DNA of 64,000 nucleotides. Origin: an uncultured Thermomicrobiales bacterium. GTDB lineage: Bacteria > Chloroflexota > Chloroflexia > Thermomicrobiales > CFX8. The position numbers were made by a program, and so were the translations under genes. Every line of letters starts with the position of its first letter. The stretch's first letter is position 1. The notes under the pieces are model-generated. The model had not been told where the DNA came from and ran no database searches. It saw only the letters and a program-made list of their open reading frames with translations. Where the stretch lies: NCBI GenBank assembly GCA_964462545.1, contig CAYWXR010000007.1, positions 1,581 through 65,580 of the forward strand. Reading direction: 5' to 3'. This document shows, piece by piece, positions 9,048 to 17,532 of the stretch.

Positions 9048-9848
9048 ATGGATCTCGGACTACGCGGCAAGGTAGTGCTGGTAGCGGCGTCAAGCAAGGG
9101 GTTGGGCAAGGCGTGTGCCATGGGGTTTGCCCGGGAAGGGGCTGATGTTGTCATCAGTTCACGCAACCCGGACAGACTGGCGCAGACAGCCACCGAAATC
9201 CGGGGTGAAACCGATGCACGGGTACTCGAAGTGCCGGCTGATATGGGCAACCCGGAGGACATTGAGCGCCTCGTGCAGGCTGCCGTCGACGAATTTGGCG
9301 GTCTGGATATTGTCGTCGCCAACGCCGGGGGGCCACCTCACGGCTATTTCTCCACACTCGACGAGCAGGCCTACCTCGATGCCATCAACGTGAACCTCAT
9401 GGGAACCATCCGTCTGATCCGGGCTGCAGTTCCACATATCGAGGCGAGGGGAGGTGGCGCGATCACCACCATCACCTCGGCAGGTGTGAAGCAACCCATT
9501 GATAACCTGATCCTGTCAAACACTGCACGGCCGGGAGTTGTCGGCTTTGTCCGGTCGATTGCAACTGAACTCGGGCCGAAGAATATCCGCGTGAATAACG
9601 TGGGGCCGGGTGCAACCAACACCGATCGAATCCGGGAATCGGCCGAGGCAGCCATGGAGCATGCCAGGCAGACCGGTGGCGACCCGGAAGAAGTCCTGCG
9701 ACGACGAGGCCGGGGAATTCCACTCGGACGTATCGGTGAGCCGGAAGAGTTCGCAAACGTGGTCGTCTTCCTGTCGTCTCCGGCAGCGAGCTATGTCACC
9801 GGTGCAACGGTTGTAGTCGATGGTGGACGGACCCAGACCCTGCTCTGA
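9048..9848 (+). CDS. atypical SDR-family oxidoreductase (BKR-like, catalytic Tyr/Lys not conserved), paralog 1
   Basis: MDLGLRGKVVLVAASSKGLGKA.. after GGAGG. NAGG motif present. Where classical SDRs have YxxxK this protein has LSNTAR. About half of its residues are identical to the ORF at 33477-34283. Confidence 0.8.
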   Translation: MDLGLRGKVVLVAASSKGLGKACAMGFAREGADVVISSRNPDRLAQTATEIRGETDARVLEVPADMGNPEDIERLVQAAVDEFGGLDIVVANAGGPPHGYFSTLDEQAYLDAINVNLMGTIRLIRAAVPHIEARGGGAITTITSAGVKQPIDNLILSNTARPGVVGFVRSIATELGPKNIRVNNVGPGATNTDRIRESAEAAMEHARQTGGDPEEVLRRRGRGIPLGRIGEPEEFANVVVFLSSPAASYVTGATVVVDGGRTQTLL

Positions 9849-10047
9849 TGCCCGTTGACAAGCGTATTCCCTTGCAATTGTGCGGATTTTGCGGTACAAG
9901 ATTCCCACACAGATGTTGCGTGTTGATGTCGATGGTTGGCAGAAGACGAGCCGGCGGTGTACGTCCCGATGACGTGTAGCCGGGGCCATTCGCATACCCG
10001 CAACCGGTTGACCGTGATGTCGTTGGAGCGACGAACAGGATCGAACT

Positions 10048-10266
10048 TTGGTGGATCATTGGTCATCAGAAGAAGATCTCGATCTTCTTGAAGAGGATTT
10101 CGCCGAACTGGTTCCGGTAGCTACCCGGGGCCGGCGAGATCGTAAGAAAACGCCGCCGCGCATTGAGGACGAAGGCCTGGTTGACGAACGGAAAGAAGAT
10201 CGTCGCCGGCGCCGACGCTGGGATGCTCCGCCGCACAAGCGGGTAAACGATTACGACGCCAGCTAG
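10048..10266 (+). CDS. hypothetical small highly charged protein (acidic N-half, Arg/Lys-rich C-half)
   Basis: 72 codons from GTG with a weak SD, followed directly by a good terminator (10283-10318). No family recognised, so coding status is uncertain. Confidence 0.3.
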   Translation: MVDHWSSEEDLDLLEEDFAELVPVATRGRRDRKKTPPRIEDEGLVDERKEDRRRRRRWDAPPHKRVNDYDAS

Positions 10267-10282
10267 ACTGCCTGGCGTGTCC

Positions 10283-10318
10283 GACGGGCAACCGGCACTG
10301 GTTGCCCGTCTTGTTATC
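10283..10318 (+). terminator. intrinsic terminator (possibly bidirectional, also behind pgl)
   Basis: GACGGGCAACC-ggcact-GGTTGCCCGTC followed by TTGTTATC. It lies between the convergent small ORF and pgl. Confidence 0.65.
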
Positions 10319-10330
10319 TGCCGTTGCCTG

Positions 10331-11050
10331 TTACTCCTCGAGCCCTGCCGCTGCCGGTGCGTCCAGCAGCCAGTGGAGTGTGCCATTCAGCGGCTTCACC
10401 AGCCCCGCAGGTGTCGTGCCAGCGAGTGACTCGACGACTTTCGGTGCCTTGTCCGCACCAGCCACAAGGAAGATGACCGTTCTGGCGTTGTTCAGTACCG
10501 GGTAGGTGAGCGTGATGCGCGTCGTTTCGAGGGCTGGAACCTCGTTCGCCGTAGCCAGGCGCTTGTTCTCGGTGAGTGCCCCGGTTCCCGGAAACAGTGA
10601 CGCCGTGTGTCCATCAGCTCCCATCCCCAACAGGACAATATCCAGCACCGGGAGACCGTTGCTCTCAGGAAGCGTCCTGAGGTGCTCCTCATACCGCCGG
10701 GCGGCATCTTCCGGTTCGAGTTCACCCTCCATGCGGTGGATATTCTCTTGCGGGACACCGGCCGGTTGCAGCAATGTCTCCATCGCCATCCGGTAGTTGC
10801 TCTGGTCATGGTCCGGTGGCACGGTGCGTTCGTCTCCCCAGAAGACCTGAACATTTGACCAGTTGATCCCGGGCATCGCTGCCAGGATCTCGTGCATTCG
10901 CCGGGGCGTCGAACCGCCGGAGAGGGCGATGCTCACCGTCTGCCCTTCGGCTGAAGGCGCCAGCAATCCGGCGATCATCCTTGCTGCCTCATGTTGCAAC
11001 TTCTCAACTGATTCGAACACAGTAACCGGAGTTGCAGGAGTATCAGTCAT
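10331..11050 (-). CDS. pgl: 6-phosphogluconolactonase
   Basis: 239 aa. ..VSIALSGGSTPRRMHEILA..VQVFWGDERTVPPDHDQSNY.. canonical Pgl motifs. Start shares a nucleotide with the opcA stop. Confidence 0.92.
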   Translation of the reverse strand: MTDTPATPVTVFESVEKLQHEAARMIAGLLAPSAEGQTVSIALSGGSTPRRMHEILAAMPGINWSNVQVFWGDERTVPPDHDQSNYRMAMETLLQPAGVPQENIHRMEGELEPEDAARRYEEHLRTLPESNGLPVLDIVLLGMGADGHTASLFPGTGALTENKRLATANEVPALETTRITLTYPVLNNARTVIFLVAGADKAPKVVESLAGTTPAGLVKPLNGTLHWLLDAPAAAGLEE

Positions 11051-12168
11051 CAGGGTTGTTCCCTCTCGTTCAGCAGGAATCCGGCGAAGGCAGCAGCCTG
11101 GTCGAGCGCCTCAATGAACATCGGGTCGCCCGAGAAGAGTGCCAGTTCCTCACCCAGCAATTGAACCTCGTCGCATTTCAAGCAACTCACAATTCGTTCC
11201 TGACGCGGCTGGCCCGTAATGTCCACATTTACCACCGCTCGTTCGTGGTCCAGGGTTCGGATAGTAACCCGAGAGGACCTGCTGGCCGAGTGGGCGGTGA
11301 TCCGGACTGATTGCAGGCCGTACTCCTCGCTGCTGGCCAGCAATCGTATCTGGACTGGTATTTCCGCAGCATTCAAGGCGGTCAGGACAATTGCACCGGG
11401 AGCACTGGTTGCCGCAGATGGTTGCAACCCCAGACGCGCAGACATCCAGCAGGCGGCCAGAATAGCCGAAGATTCCCAACCTGAGGACGCCGATATTTCA
11501 ATCCGGCGGATGTCCGGGATGATCGACCGGGCAGCTTCGATGTCAAACGACTGGGCAATCAATTCCCGGAAGGTGATCAGACGCCCCCAGGCGAGATCGG
11601 CCCCGGCGACATCCGTTGCCGGGTCGTTCAGGAACCTGTTGAAGGCGGCAAGCGTTGCCGGTGCGTCCGGTGATGCCATGGTGTCGACGATCACCCGGTC
11701 TCCTGCGTTGGATATGCGACGGAATGCCGGATCATCGAAATCTACCGGACTGGTCCACCAGATACAGGTCTCCAGATCCGAGATAGCCAGACGGGTGATG
11801 ACGCTGGGGATTGCGGGCATATCCTGCATTCCTGCGTTGATATTGATGATTTCGTAGCAGGTGTGCCGGTGTTTGCTGGTAATCGGGCAATGCGCAGAGG
11901 CGGTCGCTGCCAGCCCCTCGGCCTCGTCTAAGGTAATGTGGATGACCCGGGATGGCAGGGATTCGGCCAGGTGCTCGAAGACGGCCCGGGATCGGGCAGC
12001 GTCGCTGGCACCGAACGACACCACGACCAGATTCATCAGGTGAGAGCGGATTGGCGGCGGCAGCCCCTGCTCCTCGGCCGACGCGCCGACTTCCATCCAT
12101 GCTTGCCGAAGACGCTTCTCGATAGCTTCAGGGTCGATACCGGTCCGGATGGTGGCTTGCTGGCTCAT
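11050..12168 (-). CDS. opcA: glucose-6-phosphate dehydrogenase assembly protein OpcA
   Basis: 372 aa, directly downstream of zwf with a 4-nt overlap. The N-terminus IEKRLRQAWMEV..IRSHLMNLVVV is typical of OpcA. Confidence 0.85.
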   Translation of the reverse strand: MSQQATIRTGIDPEAIEKRLRQAWMEVGASAEEQGLPPPIRSHLMNLVVVSFGASDAARSRAVFEHLAESLPSRVIHITLDEAEGLAATASAHCPITSKHRHTCYEIININAGMQDMPAIPSVITRLAISDLETCIWWTSPVDFDDPAFRRISNAGDRVIVDTMASPDAPATLAAFNRFLNDPATDVAGADLAWGRLITFRELIAQSFDIEAARSIIPDIRRIEISASSGWESSAILAACWMSARLGLQPSAATSAPGAIVLTALNAAEIPVQIRLLASSEEYGLQSVRITAHSASRSSRVTIRTLDHERAVVNVDITGQPRQERIVSCLKCDEVQLLGEELALFSGDPMFIEALDQAAAFAGFLLNEREQP

Positions 12169-13733
12169 GGTTCTCTCCAGGCGAAGCCGTCCCGGTTCAT
12201 GAAGGCGTTTGCCTCGATGGGTCCCCAGGTGCCGGCTTCGTACTGCGGCAACGGCCTGGCTGGTTCCATCTCCCAGCCCTGAAGAATGCGGCTCACGGTC
12301 TTCCAGGCGGATTCCACCTCATCACGCCGGGTGAAGAGTGTCCCGTCGCCGAGCATGGCATCCAGGAGCAGGCGTTCATAGGCATCCGGTGAGCGGACGT
12401 TGAAGGCGGAACCATACTCAAAGGTCATGTTGACCGGCCGTAGCTGCATCATCGGGCCGGGGACCTTCACGGCAAACTTCAGCGCGATGCCTTCATCCGG
12501 CTGAATCTCCAACACCAACAGGTTCGGTTCCAGATCTCTGGATGCCGTCGGCGAAAAGAGACGGTGAGGAACCGGCCGGAAATGGATGGCGATTTCGCTG
12601 ACCCGCCTGGCCATGCGTTTTCCGGTGCGGAGATAGAACGGAACATCCGCCCAGCGCCAGTTGTCGACAAAGAGTTTGAGCGCCACATAGGTTTCGGTGC
12701 GAGAATCCGGCGCCACCCGTTCCTCTTCCCGGTAACCGGGAACCGGACGTCCGCCGATGAACCCTTCCGAGTATTGCGCCCGGACGGTGGAGCGTGCGAC
12801 GAGTTCCGGGTTGATTGGCCGGAGTGCCTGGAGAACCTTGACCTTTTCATCGCGCACGGCATCAGCCTGCAGGCTGCCGGGTGGTTCCATCGCCACCAGG
12901 CTCAACAACTGGAGCAGGTGGTTCTGGAGCATGTCTCGTGCGGCTCCGGTCTGGTCGTAGTAGCCACCGCGACCTTCGATGCCGATAGACTCTGCCACGG
13001 TGATCTCGACATGGGAGATGTATTGCCGGTTCCAGACGGGTTCGTAGATGCCGTTGGCGAACCGCAACGCCAGGATGTTCTGGACCGTTTCCTTGCCGAG
13101 GTAATGGTCGATGCGGAAGACATCCTGCTCCGGGAAGACCTCGTTCACCGAAAGGTTCAGCGACCGGGCAGATTCAAGGTCCGAGCCGAACGGCTTCTCC
13201 ACGATCACCCGGCGCCAGGAGTCGTCGCTGCCCCGGTTGAGGCCCGCTTCGTTGATCTGGTGAAGGATGTCGTCGTACACCTCCGGTGGTGTGGCCAGAT
13301 AGAACATCCGGTTGCCGGCAGTACCACGCTCCCGATCGAGACGTTCCAGTTCGACCGCGAGCGCCCGGTAGACATCGGGATCGGTGAAATCGCCTCGGAC
13401 ATAGCTGATCCCGGCGGCGAATGATTCCCAGATACGTTCATCAAACTGACCGGGGCCGGCGTATTCCATGACGCCTTGCTTCAGGTGTTCACAGAACTCC
13501 GGGGTAGTCATTTCCCGCCGGGCGACGCCGGCAATGCTGAACCCGCTGGGCAAGAGCCGTTCGCGGGCAAGGTTGTAGAGCGCCGGCACGAGTTTGCGAT
13601 AGGTAAGATCGCCGGACGCTCCAAAGATCACCATTGCGTTCGGGTCGGGCGTGCGCTCGATGCGTAACCCTTCCCGGAACGGATTGGGAGCCGGTTGTGC
13701 GGTTGCGGTCGTCTGCGTCGATGCGAGCGTCAT
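12165..13733 (-). CDS. zwf: glucose-6-phosphate dehydrogenase
   Basis: 522 aa. VIFGASGDLTYRKLVPALYNL and the active-site RIDHYLGKE. Confidence 0.97.
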   Translation of the reverse strand: MTLASTQTTATAQPAPNPFREGLRIERTPDPNAMVIFGASGDLTYRKLVPALYNLARERLLPSGFSIAGVARREMTTPEFCEHLKQGVMEYAGPGQFDERIWESFAAGISYVRGDFTDPDVYRALAVELERLDRERGTAGNRMFYLATPPEVYDDILHQINEAGLNRGSDDSWRRVIVEKPFGSDLESARSLNLSVNEVFPEQDVFRIDHYLGKETVQNILALRFANGIYEPVWNRQYISHVEITVAESIGIEGRGGYYDQTGAARDMLQNHLLQLLSLVAMEPPGSLQADAVRDEKVKVLQALRPINPELVARSTVRAQYSEGFIGGRPVPGYREEERVAPDSRTETYVALKLFVDNWRWADVPFYLRTGKRMARRVSEIAIHFRPVPHRLFSPTASRDLEPNLLVLEIQPDEGIALKFAVKVPGPMMQLRPVNMTFEYGSAFNVRSPDAYERLLLDAMLGDGTLFTRRDEVESAWKTVSRILQGWEMEPARPLPQYEAGTWGPIEANAFMNRDGFAWREP

Positions 13734-13763
13734 GTTCCTCCGCTTCCGTTAGCCGGAACTGGT

Positions 13764-14666
13764 TCAGTCGGACGCTGTCTTGACGGCGTGCCCTCCGAAT
13801 TGCTGGCGGAGTGCGGCCAGCACCTTGTTGCCAAAGGTGTCTTCCTTGCGCGACAGGAACCGGCCGGCAAGCGACATGTAGATCACCGGAGCGGCGACAT
13901 CCAGGTCGATCGATTCGAACACTGTCCAGCGGCCTTCGCCGGAGTCAGAGACATAGCCACGCAACTGGTCGAGGTTCGGGTCTTGCTCAAATGCGTTGGC
14001 AGCCAGTTCCAGCAACCAGGAGCGGACCACCGAACCGTGCATCCAGAGGTTGGCAATGGCGTGCAGGTCGAGGTCGTAGCGAGATTCGTGGAGAATCTCG
14101 AATCCCTCGGCCATAGCTGCCATCATGCCGTACTCGATGCCGTTGTGGATCATCTTGACGTAATGCCCGGCACCGCTCGGTCCGACGTGCAGGTAGCCAT
14201 TCTCCGGGGCGAGCGCGACGAACGCCGGTTCGACCAGGGCGACGGCTTCTTCCGGCCCGCCGACCATCATGCAATAGCCGTTCTCCAGCCCCCAGACGCC
14301 GCCACTGGTGCCGGCATCCAGGTAATGGAAGCCCTGCTCCTTGAGCTTCTCGCCACGGGCGATGGTGTCGGTATAGCGGGAGTTGCCGCCGTCGATGATG
14401 ATGTCGCCCGGGTCGAGGAGTGGAGTCAGCGCCGCAATCTGGTCATCCACCGGCTGACCGGCCGGCACCATCAACCAGACCACACGAGGAGTCTGGAGCG
14501 CGTCAACCAGGGCTTCCAGCGTGTAGGCGGGCACTGCGCCTTCGCCTGCCATCTCGTCGATTGGTTCACGGCTCCGGTTGTGGACAACCACCCGGTGGCC
14601 GGCGAGGATCAGGCGACGGGCCATATTGGCACCCATCCGCCCGAGACCGATCATTCCCAGTTCCAT
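13764..14666 (-). CDS. gnd: 6-phosphogluconate dehydrogenase, decarboxylating (short form)
   Basis: 300 aa. MELGMIGLGRMGANMARRL.., ..IIDGGNS.., GHYVKMIHNGIEYG. Confidence 0.92.
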   Translation of the reverse strand: MELGMIGLGRMGANMARRLILAGHRVVVHNRSREPIDEMAGEGAVPAYTLEALVDALQTPRVVWLMVPAGQPVDDQIAALTPLLDPGDIIIDGGNSRYTDTIARGEKLKEQGFHYLDAGTSGGVWGLENGYCMMVGGPEEAVALVEPAFVALAPENGYLHVGPSGAGHYVKMIHNGIEYGMMAAMAEGFEILHESRYDLDLHAIANLWMHGSVVRSWLLELAANAFEQDPNLDQLRGYVSDSGEGRWTVFESIDLDVAAPVIYMSLAGRFLSRKEDTFGNKVLAALRQQFGGHAVKTASD

Positions 14667-14696
14667 GCAGGTTCGCTTTCCGTTGGGCGAGTGGTG

Positions 14697-17444
14697 TTAC
14701 TCGCTGGTCATCTGATCACAACTGAGCATAATCTCCCGGACCAGTTCCGGAAGGTCGCCGTTGGCGTCGACCGTCACCAAACGGCGGTTGTGCCGGTTGA
14801 GGGTGATGGCATCGCCAATGGCCTGGGCCATGAAGAGTTTTCCGAAACTGAACGCTTCGCCGGGAATGTCGAGATCATCGGTGCCGCTGTCAACGACCAA
14901 CATGTAGATGCCGTTCGCCGCGCCACCCTTGTGCAACTGGCCGGTGGAGTGCAGATAGCGCGGGCCATAACCCAGCGTCGTCGCCAGTCCGGTGTGCGCC
15001 CCGAGCAGGTCACGCAGGTTTTCGAGTGCCCGGTCGTTGACACCATTGCGGTCGGCAAACGCCAGAATTGCGATGTAATCGCCTGGCGATGCCCACTCAA
15101 TGATCCGGGTTACGGCATCCTTCGCAGCGACCGTTTCCGGGTTGGCATCAACTTCGCCACGCAGTACCGCGTTGGTTGCGTCCTTGGCTTCCTGAACACT
15201 CGGTTCGTCGAACGGGTTGATCCCCATCAGGGCGCCAGCGACGGCGGTGGCAATTTCCCACAGGAGGAAGCTGGAACCCAGGTCAAACGGCGATTCCACG
15301 TTGAGCGAGACCACCGGGTGTCCCTGATCCTGAAGTGCCGGAGCAAGCAACGGTGCGCGGCTGTTGCGCTCCGAAAGTTCGACAAAGAGTCGGTCGTCTC
15401 CATAGTCTGCCGGGTTGCGTGGTGTTTCCCGGACAACCGGCAGGATACCGGTTCCATTCTTGCCGGTACTTTCAGCAATCAGTTGCTCCAGCCAGTCGCC
15501 GAGTGATTGCCATGCGCCGGGCGCAAACAACGTCAGTTTGTCGCGCCCCTGTTCACGTGCAGCGGCCATTACCGCACCAAGCCAGACGCCGGGATGGTTC
15601 GCGGAATGGATCGGCAGCAGGTTGGCAGCGTTCCTGAGCAAACGGGTGACGTCGATGCCGACGGCAGCAGCCGGGATGAGTCCAAAGAACGACAGTGCGG
15701 AGTACCGGCCGCCAATATCCGGCCGATTGGTAAAGACTCGCCAGCATCCTGCCGCCCGTGCATCGACCTCGAGCGGCGAACCCGGATCGGTAATCACCAC
15801 CACGTCGGCTGCGATCCCGTTCCGGGAAGCCAGGAAGTGCTGGAAAAGTGTGCGGGTTTCGATCGTTCCTCCGGACTTGCTGGAGACGATCAACAGCGTG
15901 CGGTCGTCGCCCGTCTGCCGGGTGATGCGTTCCACGGTTTCCGGATGGGTACTGTCGAGGACGATCAGTTCCGGGAAACCTTCACGCTGGCCGAAGACGG
16001 TTGCCATCACCTCCGGTGCGAGCGAGGAGCCGCCCATTCCGAGGAGCAGCGCATAGCGATATCCGCGACGGGAGACCTCATTGGCGAAACTTTCGAAGAG
16101 GCCCGATTCCGCATGATCGAGCATCTCGGCGACGGTAGGTAGCCATCCCAGACGTTGGGAAATCTTCGCCTTTACCGACCCGTCATCTGTCCAGATGGAT
16201 GCGTCAAGCTTGCCGAGACGGGCCGGGATATCGTCCGCTTCGAGCCGGCCAAGCGTCTCCCGAACCGGCTCAGCGACTTTTCCCAGGGCGGCAGATCGTT
16301 CGGCATCCAGTTCCGCTGCGAATCGCTCAATCTTTTCTTCCAGCCCGGACATCAGCGAGTTGAACGATTTGGCGAAACTGTCGATACCCTGATCGATCAA
16401 CACCTGCTCGACTTCATCGAAGTCAATGCCGGCTTCGTCCAGCGCGGTCATCACGTCGTAGGCGCCCGGAACGTCGGCTTCCAGCGTTGGCCGGACCGTA
16501 CCGTGGTCGCCGAATGCCTCGATCGACGCCGGCGCAAGTGTCTGAACGGTGTTCGGGCCGATCAGGGTATCAACGTAGAGCGTGTCGGAGTAGGCAGGGT
16601 TCTTGGTGCTGGTGCTGGCCCAGAGCGGTCGCTGGAAGCGTGCTCCACGTCCGGCGAGGACATCAAACCGGTCGCTGTAGAACAGTTCACGGAAGACCTG
16701 ATAGGCGAGCTTGGCGTTGGCGACGGCCACCTCTCCCAACAGCGAGCGGGCAAGAATGGCTGCGTCGCTCTCTTCGTCGTTGTCGATGATTGCCTGCAGG
16801 CGCTTGTCGACTTCAGTATCCACCCGGCTGACAAAGAATGAGGCGACCGACGCAACCGAATCAACCGGTTTGCCATCGGCTACCCGGCGTTCAAGTGCCC
16901 GGATGTACGCCTCTGCTACCTGCCGGTAGGCACCAAGGGAGAAGAGCAGGGTGATGTTGATGTTGATGCCCTCGTAAAGCATCTGCTCGATGGCGGGCAC
17001 GCCCTCTTCAGTACCGGGAATCTTGATCATGAGATTTGGCCGGTCGACCAGGTTCCAGAGACGGCGGGCATCCTCGATGGTTTTTTCGGTGTCGCGGGCC
17101 AGGAGTGGCGACACTTCCAGCGAGACGAACCCGTCAGTCTTGTTCTGACGGTCATAGATCGGCCTGAGGATGTCACAAGCCATCTGGATGTCGCGAACGA
17201 CCAGTGCTTCGTAGGTTTCTTCGGTATTACGGCCCTTTGCCACCAGTTCCCGGATCATGTCGTCATAATCGTCGGACTTCGAGATGGCGGTATCGAAGAT
17301 GGTCGGGTTCGACGTGACGCCGACGACTCCGCTGTTGTCGATCAGATCCTGGAGACCGCCCGAGACAATCAGGTTCCGGCTCAGGTTGTCGTTCCAGACA
17401 CTTTGGCCGTAGTCCTGTAGCCGTTGCAAGGGGTTGCGTTCCAT
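14697..17444 (-). CDS. bifunctional transaldolase / glucose-6-phosphate isomerase
   Basis: N-terminal transaldolase (QSVWNDNLSR..GVTSNPTIF..) fused to a PGI domain (..LLLGMGGSSLAPEV.., ..SKSGGTIET..). The ORF is open to 17567, but ATG 17444 (MERNPLQRLQDYG) is preceded by GGGAGG. Confidence 0.9.
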   Translation of the reverse strand: MERNPLQRLQDYGQSVWNDNLSRNLIVSGGLQDLIDNSGVVGVTSNPTIFDTAISKSDDYDDMIRELVAKGRNTEETYEALVVRDIQMACDILRPIYDRQNKTDGFVSLEVSPLLARDTEKTIEDARRLWNLVDRPNLMIKIPGTEEGVPAIEQMLYEGININITLLFSLGAYRQVAEAYIRALERRVADGKPVDSVASVASFFVSRVDTEVDKRLQAIIDNDEESDAAILARSLLGEVAVANAKLAYQVFRELFYSDRFDVLAGRGARFQRPLWASTSTKNPAYSDTLYVDTLIGPNTVQTLAPASIEAFGDHGTVRPTLEADVPGAYDVMTALDEAGIDFDEVEQVLIDQGIDSFAKSFNSLMSGLEEKIERFAAELDAERSAALGKVAEPVRETLGRLEADDIPARLGKLDASIWTDDGSVKAKISQRLGWLPTVAEMLDHAESGLFESFANEVSRRGYRYALLLGMGGSSLAPEVMATVFGQREGFPELIVLDSTHPETVERITRQTGDDRTLLIVSSKSGGTIETRTLFQHFLASRNGIAADVVVITDPGSPLEVDARAAGCWRVFTNRPDIGGRYSALSFFGLIPAAAVGIDVTRLLRNAANLLPIHSANHPGVWLGAVMAAAREQGRDKLTLFAPGAWQSLGDWLEQLIAESTGKNGTGILPVVRETPRNPADYGDDRLFVELSERNSRAPLLAPALQDQGHPVVSLNVESPFDLGSSFLLWEIATAVAGALMGINPFDEPSVQEAKDATNAVLRGEVDANPETVAAKDAVTRIIEWASPGDYIAILAFADRNGVNDRALENLRDLLGAHTGLATTLGYGPRYLHSTGQLHKGGAANGIYMLVVDSGTDDLDIPGEAFSFGKLFMAQAIGDAITLNRHNRRLVTVDANGDLPELVREIMLSCDQMTSE

Positions 17445-17532
17445 CGTGTTATTCCTCCCGGTTGGTGTGATTTCGGCGAGAAGAGGGGCCGGCGACACCG
17501 CTTCAGGAGCGGTATTGCTACCAGATTCAATC

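Noticed and set aside
13695-15506. 603-aa plus-strand ORF
   Set aside because: It lies antisense to gnd and the tal-pgi fusion, both of which carry unmistakable enzyme motifs. Its composition (Arg/Gly/Val/His-rich, no motifs) is typical of a shadow ORF in GC-rich DNA.
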